Source of the DNA: a virus
Taxonomy: Duplodnaviria; Heunggongvirae; Uroviricota; Caudoviricetes
Length of the DNA stretch: 64,000 nt
Direction: 5' to 3' (one strand)
Virus record (IMG/VR): IMGVR_UViG_3300037312_000757
Within the stretch, counting starts at the first letter, position 1; every line of letters begins with the position of its first letter. The notes beneath the pieces were generated by a model, which was not told the DNA's origin, did not search any database, and saw only the letters and a list, made by a program, of their open reading frames with translations. Positions 57,125 to 64,000 of the stretch are shown here, in pieces. Position numbers and translations under genes: made by a program.

Positions 57125-57586
57125 TCAGACGGTTCTATTTAGTGCTGACATGACATTCATCATCTCGAGACGAGTCTTGAACGGACCAGAACTCTGATAC
57201 TGTTCAACTGTCTTCAGCAATGGGCAGAAGCTTGGCACCCAGCGCTTGCTGAACTTAATGGTCCAAAAACCAGCCACATGCTGCACTTGCTTGCCTCGAA
57301 CATACACCGGACGTTCACCCGTTGTTGATACGGAAACGTTCGTATGCTTGATTGGGAAGCCGTCGATATGATCGACGATGTCGCCATCTTCCTTCGCTTC
57401 ATTGACTTGCTCTTTTACCTTACCACCAAGGAATTCCTTGATGTCTGACATCTTGGCAAAGGTCGTCCTTGCCTCTGGTGTCATGTAAACGTATTCAGCA
57501 TCAGTCTTGTAGATGAAGCCAACTGGAAAGCCATTCGCGTTAGCTACCCAGCTATTTGCTGTGATCTTATGCAGATTGATCGCCAT
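57125..57586 (-). CDS. Hypothetical protein
   Basis: Likely start MAINLHK with AAGGA RBS; SFCP and GPFKT motifs. Confidence 0.7.
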   Translation of the reverse strand: MAINLHKITANSWVANANGFPVGFIYKTDAEYVYMTPEARTTFAKMSDIKEFLGGKVKEQVNEAKEDGDIVDHIDGFPIKHTNVSVSTTGERPVYVRGKQVQHVAGFWTIKFSKRWVPSFCPLLKTVEQYQSSGPFKTRLEMMNVMSALNRTV

Positions 57587-58166
57587 CTTTTTCCTTTTTA
57601 ATGTGCGCAACTGTTGCACGTACTGCATTCGGATCTGAGAGATTTGAGTTGACAAAACGCAAGTCATCGCGTTCGACCAAATACAATAGATTGTCAGCAA
57701 CAAATGCTGGCACGGTTGCTGGTGCATCGACACCTTCAGGCAATTCTACTTCCGCCATAACCAGATACAAATTTGCATTGATCTCATCGTGGAAGAAATC
57801 CACTTCCCAGTTCAGATTACCGTCTGGAATTGTTACTCGAGTCTTGGAAATACGACCCGAAGAAGCCACCGCCAGCTTGTCAAAGTCCGACTTTTCAATA
57901 TCAGTTTCGATCTCAATCAGTTCACTATTCACCATAAGCTTATAGGTGAACTTGTATAGACCAGAAGCTGGTGGTACAAGTTCACCTTCTGCTGACAATT
58001 TCGTGAAATCATATTTGTTCTTGATGCTGCGGATGCGCGGTCCACCAGGCAAATATGCCTGGAAGATACGATGTACCGTTGCGTCTGGCATCAATTCCAG
58101 ATCAGTCATAAAACCAACATCATTTGTTGGTAGCAAGACGTACTTACGTTCGTTTTCGATCGACAT
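57567..58166 (-). CDS. CYTH (triphosphate tunnel metalloenzyme) domain protein
   Basis: IENERKY (ExExK), EIETDI, KTR, WEVDFF, AEVE. Confidence 0.85.
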   Translation of the reverse strand: MSIENERKYVLLPTNDVGFMTDLELMPDATVHRIFQAYLPGGPRIRSIKNKYDFTKLSAEGELVPPASGLYKFTYKLMVNSELIEIETDIEKSDFDKLAVASSGRISKTRVTIPDGNLNWEVDFFHDEINANLYLVMAEVELPEGVDAPATVPAFVADNLLYLVERDDLRFVNSNLSDPNAVRATVAHIKKEKDGDQSA

Positions 58167-58167
58167 A

Positions 58168-59199
58168 TTATTTTGCGTAGGGTGCGTTCAAGTATTCAGC
58201 GTGATCTGCGGCTTCCTTGCTCAGGTTGACGAGACCATTACGTTCGCAGAAGCGGAGGAAGTGAATACCAACGCCTTGCTTGCCGCGCTTTTGCACGTTT
58301 TCAACGATGATCGAATCCATCAATTCCTTGATTTCTTCTGGTTGCTGCGTGAGATCGATCAGCGACTTGTTGAAGTTGTAAGCGTCAAGAACACGAACTT
58401 CCTCCTCAGTGCCATCAGTCTTTGCCTTTTGCCATGTTTGCAGCATCAGGTTATTCCAGTTATAACCCATCTCGTTGCGGTCTTCCCATGCTTCGATAAG
58501 CTTCTTCTCACGTACCTTTGGATATGCCGAGAAAATGCTATCACCAGAATCACCACGCATGCACTTCATGAATAAAGCACGCTTCCACCAATTAGCTTCT
58601 GGTTTGAACAATTCACCCTTCTTCAGCGCCTTACCAATGCGAAGCTTGCCGTCACTCTTGAGACCAAACTCAATGCGTTGGTTTGCCTTGTCGTAAATGC
58701 CATCCGTTGTGATGAGCAGTTCACGTACTCCGTCATAGATCTTGACATTAGGCGCCAGCATTTGGATGAAGTCGGTATCGCCACTAACTAGCAAATGCTC
58801 GTCTTCTGGATGAACTTGAATGAAACGAGCAACCCAGTCGTCACCTTCCACACCGTCACTTTGCAGTACGGTTGAGTTGGTCTTTTCCATAAGAAACGTC
58901 ATCAATTCTTCAAACGTTTCGCGGAAGACTTGATCCTCTTCCTGATCGGCTGGTTTCAGTGTAGCCAGAGCTCGTTGGGCTTTACGAGCTGATTTGTATT
59001 CCGGGTACACAGCATAGCGCCAGCTATGACCTTCTAAGCAGAATACGACGTGGTCGGCCTTATACTCTCTCCACAGTTTTCGGATTGAACGGAAAACTGC
59101 GTGCAGTGCCAGACCAGCTTTCGAATATGCATCACCCTGAACGGCGTGACGGCAACGATAGAACAAGTTGGCAGTATCAACAATTATGTATTTGGACAT
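58168..59199 (-). CDS. rnh: T4 RNase H-like 5'-3' exonuclease
   Basis: VDTANL, YPEYK, EGDD, SGDTDF, GDSGD. Confidence 0.88.
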   Translation of the reverse strand: MSKYIIVDTANLFYRCRHAVQGDAYSKAGLALHAVFRSIRKLWREYKADHVVFCLEGHSWRYAVYPEYKSARKAQRALATLKPADQEEDQVFRETFEELMTFLMEKTNSTVLQSDGVEGDDWVARFIQVHPEDEHLLVSGDTDFIQMLAPNVKIYDGVRELLITTDGIYDKANQRIEFGLKSDGKLRIGKALKKGELFKPEANWWKRALFMKCMRGDSGDSIFSAYPKVREKKLIEAWEDRNEMGYNWNNLMLQTWQKAKTDGTEEEVRVLDAYNFNKSLIDLTQQPEEIKELMDSIIVENVQKRGKQGVGIHFLRFCERNGLVNLSKEAADHAEYLNAPYAK

Positions 59200-59289
59200 G
59201 TTTGTTATTCTTATTGTGAATGGCGCTCTAGCAAAGCTAGTTCACCGTTGACCATAATTGTAGCTTATGTTGCAACGGTAGCAAAAATT

Positions 59290-59310
59290 AAGGGGAGCAA
59301 AGCTCCCCTT
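59290..59310 (-). terminator. Intrinsic terminator (GGGGAGC family)
   Basis: AAGGGGAGC-AAA-GCTCCCCTT. Confidence 0.7.
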
Positions 59311-59313
59311 GTT

Positions 59314-59592
59314 TCAACAATACGTCAGCTTGAATGCTATTGCATCGTGTTCATCTTCGAACAGAAACCACCCCTCATTGATTAGCGGGTCCTCGATTAC
59401 CCACATAGGTAAATCGTCCCAATCAAAGTCCGGAGGTGGTAAGATCGACTTTGTGACTATTGCAAATGTTTCAGGGTCAACAAATCTGAGTAACCACTTT
59501 TTAGGAATGGCTACTCTGTGATAGCCTTGCGGATTCTCTCGCAAGAAACCGTTAACTATAACCAGATTAGCTGAAGTCTGACCTGTTACCAC
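59314..59592 (-). CDS. Small protein of the AxxFKL family (start uncertain)
   Basis: LFEDEHDAIAFKLTY. Confidence 0.55.
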   Translation of the reverse strand: MVTGQTSANLVIVNGFLRENPQGYHRVAIPKKWLLRFVDPETFAIVTKSILPPPDFDWDDLPMWVIEDPLINEGWFLFEDEHDAIAFKLTYC

Positions 59593-60175
59593 GACGCACC
59601 GTATTGATCACTCGACCACTGTTGAATGGAACATCTTCGGCCGCCATATTCTCGGCAATAACTGAACGACACAGGTCTTCAAACCATTGCTGGATGATCT
59701 GTTCTTCGTTATAACCAGAATAACCATGTTCGATCAATTGCTTGATCCAATATTCATTCCAGTCAAACTCAAATGCTAGACCACCAACACCTTGAGCTGG
59801 ATCGTAGTCGCTGTTCAGGATTGTGATGTATGGCTCTTTCCTGATGTTGGCTGATTGTTTTTCAAATTCATTGAGTTCAATGTTACCAGCAGTGAATTCA
59901 ATTTCCAGCTTACGAAGAGCGAGTTCGTCACCAGTATATGTCATGTCTGCATATTTGGTAGCAAACTCATAGTCGCTGATGTTGCCATGTTTGTGTTCAA
60001 GGCGAAGCAGTTCAACCTTTAGCTCATCACCCTCATAGTCGATTTCGATCAGTCGTTTATCAAGATCGTAACCATCAAAGTAATATTCAGCTTCTGCTCG
60101 TTCACGAGTTTTACCACTCAAACCCCAAGATGCTGGAAGCCAATTGAATGGAATCTTTTTGTTCTTTTTGCTCAT
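59567..60175 (-). CDS. Hypothetical acidic protein
   Basis: GGAG RBS; FEFDWN...GYSG..EEQIIQQWF motif. Confidence 0.75.
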   Translation of the reverse strand: MSKKNKKIPFNWLPASWGLSGKTRERAEAEYYFDGYDLDKRLIEIDYEGDELKVELLRLEHKHGNISDYEFATKYADMTYTGDELALRKLEIEFTAGNIELNEFEKQSANIRKEPYITILNSDYDPAQGVGGLAFEFDWNEYWIKQLIEHGYSGYNEEQIIQQWFEDLCRSVIAENMAAEDVPFNSGRVINTVRRGNRSDFS

Positions 60176-60200
60176 ACTGTCTCCAAGTATGCCAATTCTA

Positions 60201-60626
60201 TTACACCAGAGCAGGCAAGTCGAATTCCATCACAGCAAGACCACGTTTCTTGGCTTGCTGAACTTCACTATGAGATTGCTTACCGCCACCAACACGAATG
60301 AGCACGTCAATACTGCTGAGGAAATATGCACTCTCATCGCCCCATGTCTGGCCTACATATTCGACCGTATCGACAGGATAAAGATCATATTCCTTAGCAC
60401 ACTCAGGTGCTACGCCACGTGTGAAGAAACCCAAGCTCGTTGCAATTTCATATGCTAGTCCGGGGATTCCGAGATTTGTGAGACCTGATACGATCTCTAC
60501 TTTCTGATTGCCTGTGCTGAGGAGGCCAAATGCTTGTGTGAGGATACCGCGTGCTTCTTCGATGTCAAACTTCTGTGCTGAGTAGCCAACCACACCGATG
60601 CGTTTATAGTTATTCTTGTTATACAT
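60201..60626 (-). CDS. SLOG-superfamily (DprA/LOG-like) protein
   Basis: IGVVGYS, IVSGLTNLG, VGGGKQS..E. Confidence 0.6.
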   Translation of the reverse strand: MYNKNNYKRIGVVGYSAQKFDIEEARGILTQAFGLLSTGNQKVEIVSGLTNLGIPGLAYEIATSLGFFTRGVAPECAKEYDLYPVDTVEYVGQTWGDESAYFLSSIDVLIRVGGGKQSHSEVQQAKKRGLAVMEFDLPALV

Positions 60627-60654
60627 GGTGTCCTAAGGTGGCGCATATGCCACT

Positions 60655-60867
60655 TTATAACCATGTTAACACAAACTCCACAGCAATCAAATCATCATCT
60701 GGAAGTTCTATCTCCCAAGTAAGGAGGTTCAACCTGAGATTACACTTGCGATCCAATGCCCATTGTCTAAAGTCTTTAGACGGCTGCGATATGGGCAAGC
60801 TCCCACCAGGGAAGTATGTCCAATCAGTTGATATCGCCTTTTTGGGCACTGGATATACTAACCCCAC
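60655..60867 (-). CDS. Small AxxFKL-family protein
   Basis: DDDLIAVEFVLTW. Confidence 0.65.
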   Translation of the reverse strand: MGLVYPVPKKAISTDWTYFPGGSLPISQPSKDFRQWALDRKCNLRLNLLTWEIELPDDDLIAVEFVLTWL

Positions 60868-61070
60868 GTTAGCATGAACTCCAATGCGAGGTTATCATCA
60901 TCGATCCTGATGCAGAGACCATTGTGTGCATCATGATGCAACGTGTATTCCCCTCGTTCGGCGAACCACTCCCGGACATCTTCCCTGAGGTCGAAGACGG
61001 CCATAACGCCAACATAACGTTCCTTGGGCGATTCCAAATGTGTTCGAGGAACTTTAAAGAAATGACTCAT
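60858..61070 (-). CDS. Small AxxFKL-family protein
   Basis: VREWF...DDNLALEFMLTW. Confidence 0.65.
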   Translation of the reverse strand: MSHFFKVPRTHLESPKERYVGVMAVFDLREDVREWFAERGEYTLHHDAHNGLCIRIDDDNLALEFMLTWG

Positions 61071-61323
61071 AGAATTTTAGTTTGAATAGAGTCGCGATAT
61101 TTTCATCTTTGATGTTGAACAAAATGAATTGCTTCATTCCTTCGTTGACAACACGCCAACGATGGCTGCAATTGTCGTCCAACCATGCTTTCATATCCGG
61201 TCGAAAGCCGCCACGATATTTTTCGATACTATCTGAAGTCCATACTTCCCGATAGTCAAAGAGCGCAGTGATATCCAGCTTGAATTTGTGGCGGCTCGCT
61301 GATTTTACAGATCTTCTTGCCAT
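61054..61323 (-). CDS. Small AxxFKL-family protein
   Basis: KAWLDDN...DENIATLFKLKF. Confidence 0.65.
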   Translation of the reverse strand: MARRSVKSASRHKFKLDITALFDYREVWTSDSIEKYRGGFRPDMKAWLDDNCSHRWRVVNEGMKQFILFNIKDENIATLFKLKFYESFL

Positions 61324-61703
61324 TCGCCCACATCCGCTGCGTCAGAAAGGAGTTTCATCTTAACGATGGTCAAATACTGGCGGATCTGCTTTCGATTCTG
61401 CCAGAACATGTCTTCGTAATGACGAGGGCCATTACACGGACAATCATGAACAAAGTTCTTGCCGCTGATATAGCTGTAACGAACGTCGTCCACATCACGA
61501 TGAATGATGAAGCCCTCTGGGTCTTCCTTGTTCATTTCCGTGTAGTATTCAATCTCACTCTCGATGATCACATCACTGTCAATCGCAATGTGTTCACGCC
61601 CGCAATAGCATTCTTGATTGGGACCGCCACCACCCATGAATACACCAATGAAGTCATCTGTTGGCGGACGATCACAGTAGATGGGATATTTCTTTTCGCT
61701 CAT
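61305..61703 (-). CDS. Hypothetical protein with Cys/His pairs
   Basis: CYCGREH...CPC. Confidence 0.65.
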   Translation of the reverse strand: MSEKKYPIYCDRPPTDDFIGVFMGGGGPNQECYCGREHIAIDSDVIIESEIEYYTEMNKEDPEGFIIHRDVDDVRYSYISGKNFVHDCPCNGPRHYEDMFWQNRKQIRQYLTIVKMKLLSDAADVGEWQEDL

Positions 61704-61978
61704 TATTCACCACTTATCATTAACTTGAATTGCAAGGCTTGTAACTCATCTGGGATGTCTATTTCAACCCAGTAGTCAACCATTGTGCGTACTGTAGTTC
61801 TGGTTCGATATTGACGGCGCTCGCTACGTTCCACCCAGGTGTGTTCGATACCATTGCGACGTAGCCATCTACGCATGAATTTGTTTGGCTTTGCATGCCA
61901 GTTGTCACCCTTTCCGTTGAGCAGGAGGATCAAACCAACACGTCTTTCTGTGTATTTGTCAGGTAACTTAAACTTCAT
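61703..61978 (-). CDS. Small AxxFKL-family protein
   Basis: RRWLRRN...PDELQALQFKL. Confidence 0.65.
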   Translation of the reverse strand: MKFKLPDKYTERRVGLILLLNGKGDNWHAKPNKFMRRWLRRNGIEHTWVERSERRQYRTRTTVRTMVDYWVEIDIPDELQALQFKLMISGE

Positions 61979-61980
61979 TG

Positions 61981-62253
61981 TTACTGCGATGCCCAAATCA
62001 AACGAAAAGCCACCGCTGTAGTTTCATCTGGAGCCATAATGTATGGTTCATAATCGACATTCCATACACTATTTGTCCACATCTGAGTACCATCTGCTTC
62101 GTAGGTGCAGTTGTTGTCGTGCAACCACTCCAGAATCTCTGGCTTTATCACCGCAATCAAAGAAATAGGTGACACGGCCGATCCATCAGCGTTTGCGGCA
62201 ACATCAATGTAAATGAAACGCCGCGGGAAGGGGATTTTTACAGGTTTGCTCAT
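61981..62253 (-). CDS. Small AxxFKL-family protein, probably leaderless
   Basis: LEWLHDN...PDETTAVAFRLIW; TTGAAC-N17-TACAAT ends 6 nt before the ATG. Confidence 0.65.
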   Translation of the reverse strand: MSKPVKIPFPRRFIYIDVAANADGSAVSPISLIAVIKPEILEWLHDNNCTYEADGTQMWTNSVWNVDYEPYIMAPDETTAVAFRLIWASQ

Positions 62254-62290
62254 AGAACAATTGTACAGAATGGCAAGTGCCAGTTCAAGC

Positions 62291-62315
62291 AAAAGGGGAG
62301 CAAAAACTCCCCTTT
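62291..62315 (-). terminator. Intrinsic terminator (GGGGAG family)
   Basis: AAAAGGGGAG-CAAAAA-CTCCCCTTT. Confidence 0.7.
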
Positions 62316-62319
62316 CTGG

Positions 62320-62622
62320 TTACAGCCAAGTTAACTTGAATTGCAAGGCCCAAAGCTCATCTGGAATCTTGAGCAAGTATTCTCTTTTGATATCCCACCG
62401 TTGACCAATCATGATCGTTCGATTGTGCATCTGGAACGGTGTGCCTTCAGCAAGCAAAGTACGCGTTTCAACAAACTCAAATTCATATTCAATCTTGCGA
62501 CGCTTGAGCCAGTTCTTCACACTCTTTGTCAACTTTTTATGGCTACCGACTTTGTTCCCATTGTTTGGGTCACGCCCATAGTATTCCTCACACATTTCTG
62601 GGGGAAGTGAAAACACTGTCAT
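62320..62622 (-). CDS. Small AxxFKL-family protein
   Basis: KNWLKRR...PDELWALQFKLTW. Confidence 0.65.
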   Translation of the reverse strand: MTVFSLPPEMCEEYYGRDPNNGNKVGSHKKLTKSVKNWLKRRKIEYEFEFVETRTLLAEGTPFQMHNRTIMIGQRWDIKREYLLKIPDELWALQFKLTWL

Positions 62623-62876
62623 ACACCACCAAATGTCAATTTGAATTGAATTGCTTCACGGACATCATCAAAACTATAAGCCACGAACGCTTCGTTTGTT
62701 CCAATGATACAAGTTGTATCCCACCCATATGGTGAACTGCAATTTTCAGCAAGCCACCGTTTGGCTTCACAGTGGCCTTCCCAAATGCTGCCGTAGGGTT
62801 TGTCTTTACTAAGACCAAGTTCATCAAGTATGTCATAGCTCAGACGTACTTGATGTTGGTATTGACCGTTATCCAT
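62619..62876 (-). CDS. Small AxxFKL-family protein
   Basis: KRWLAEN...DDVREAIQFKLTF. Confidence 0.65.
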   Translation of the reverse strand: MDNGQYQHQVRLSYDILDELGLSKDKPYGSIWEGHCEAKRWLAENCSSPYGWDTTCIIGTNEAFVAYSFDDVREAIQFKLTFGGV

Positions 62877-63108
62877 AGATCAACTTGAATGCTACCGCGA
62901 TTGACTCGATAGAGAAGAGTACCACAGGTCCTTGCTTATCAAGGATCTGGTAGTGGAACTCAGGCTCACGTTCTTGTTCAGCTCTGAGCCAGTTATAAAC
63001 CTCTTGATTGAGATTGAAGCTTTCTGGCTGATCAACACCCGGGAATAGCAATGCGATGCGTGCGATCGACCTGTAATGATCACTGCCTACTCGAACTGAA
63101 TAGATCAT
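62869..63108 (-). CDS. Small AxxFKL-family protein
   Basis: YNWL...ESIAVAFKLIY. Confidence 0.65.
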   Translation of the reverse strand: MIYSVRVGSDHYRSIARIALLFPGVDQPESFNLNQEVYNWLRAEQEREPEFHYQILDKQGPVVLFSIESIAVAFKLIYG

Positions 63109-63110
63109 GC

Positions 63111-64000
63111 TTACTTACCAATCACATTTTGAAAGACGTAAGCGTGGACGCGTGCTGCCACGTTGTAACCACGACGGCAAGCTTCCTCTGCAACACGAGC
63201 AGCAACCATATTCTGGCCTTCAACGGTTGCACCTACCGGCATAATCCAAATTGGCCAATTCACACCTGCCGCGCGGAATGCAGCGGTGAACTCTTCAACT
63301 TCTTGCCATGAACGTTCGCTACCATCACTCACGTACTTCAGTTGACCGTGATTGCTCATCTTTGCGTAGTGAGCAACTACATCAGGTTGCAAGGCATCGG
63401 CCTTTTGCTCACCACTCAAGTACAATTTAGGTGAAACGGACCAGAACCATTCTGTGCCAGCTAGTTCTTCATATTCTTGCGACAACGAAGCAAAGTTTTC
63501 TGCATGCATCCAACGGAGATGACGCATGTAGAAACTTTGACTCATCTCTTCCATCGTACCGTCAAACTCACCCGTCAGGTAATTGGTGAACTTGTCACGA
63601 GCCGCTTGCGTGCCGTTTGTTTCAACGGTCACGTACTTGGGCACGTTACCACGTCGTGCAAACTCAAGCATGATGTCCACGATTGCGTTCTGATTCATCA
63701 TGGGTTCACCACCAGTGAATGCCAAATGAGTCCACTGGCCGCTCTTTGGATGCTTGAACTTACCTTCTGGATTGTGGCCACCGCGCTTCAGGAACTCTTC
63801 GAGTTGGTCGCAAATTTCAGCTGCTGTTGCCGTATGTGCTAAGTGGGCAAACTTCTTTGCCCATGAATAGCTCGAATCGCAACCACGATTGAAAACAGGC
63901 AAGTCTTCCATTCGTTTAATACTTGAAACATCAATAGTTTGATGATCCAAATTCCATGAAGCTGGGTTTGTTGGATCATCTTGGCCAAATCCGTCGCAAG
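63111..64000 (-). CDS. queE: QueE-like radical SAM enzyme (7-carboxy-7-deazaguanine synthase); N-terminus beyond the right edge
   Basis: Frame open to the edge (...CDGFG...GCDSSYSW); FTGGEP, VETNGT, SVSPKL, RVH. Confidence 0.75.
   Translation of the reverse strand, partial: CDGFGQDDPTNPASWNLDHQTIDVSSIKRMEDLPVFNRGCDSSYSWAKKFAHLAHTATAAEICDQLEEFLKRGGHNPEGKFKHPKSGQWTHLAFTGGEPMMNQNAIVDIMLEFARRGNVPKYVTVETNGTQAARDKFTNYLTGEFDGTMEEMSQSFYMRHLRWMHAENFASLSQEYEELAGTEWFWSVSPKLYLSGEQKADALQPDVVAHYAKMSNHGQLKYVSDGSERSWQEVEEFTAAFRAAGVNWPIWIMPVGATVEGQNMVAARVAEEACRRGYNVAARVHAYVFQNVIGK

Noticed and set aside
23392-62315. Repeated GGGGAGC...GCTCCCC sequences (23401, 59291, 62295, related at 56583) as a mobile repeat
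   Set aside because: All sit at gene ends as hairpins with A/T tails, consistent with ordinary terminators
1-64000. Stop-codon reassignment, tRNA or rRNA genes, integrase or transposase
   Set aside because: Genes are intact in the standard code with all three stops used; no cloverleaf or mobile-element motifs recognised

Overview
This window looks like 64 kb of a large T4-related (jumbo-type) myovirus genome. It uses the standard genetic code, is gene-dense, and I see no tRNA, rRNA or CRISPR array. From left to right: (i) minus-strand gp46/gp47 recombination nuclease and a gp55-like late sigma factor; (ii) a plus-strand late block with a cytidyltransferase, baseplate genes (gp48/54-like, gp53, hub, gp5 fused to a lytic transglycosylase, gp25, gp6, a 3586-aa wedge protein) and fibre genes; (iii) a ~14 kb tailoring-enzyme island between two paralogous fibre genes, with 4 GT-A glycosyltransferases, 3 N-terminal-twitch radical SAM enzymes, 2 SGNH-like proteins (one frameshifted), a 2OG-Fe(II) oxygenase, a NodU/CmcH carbamoyltransferase, a methyltransferase-like protein and an unlisted 34-aa PFIYK peptide; (iv) a minus-strand early/middle block with thyA, DHFR, HNH, Pnkp-like phosphatase, RNA ligase, ClpP, NADAR, MoxR/vWA, glutaredoxin, CYTH, RNase H, SLOG, about ten small AxxFKL paralogs and a partial QueE. 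The most unusual non-coding signals are an alternating two-motif repeat found at two loci 28 kb apart (8.7 kb and 37.1-37.4 kb), a probable structured ncRNA with its own promoter and terminator between the RNA-repair genes, and a recurring arrangement of sigma70-like promoters embedded in inverted repeats. All functional calls come from motif recognition by eye; no searches were run.
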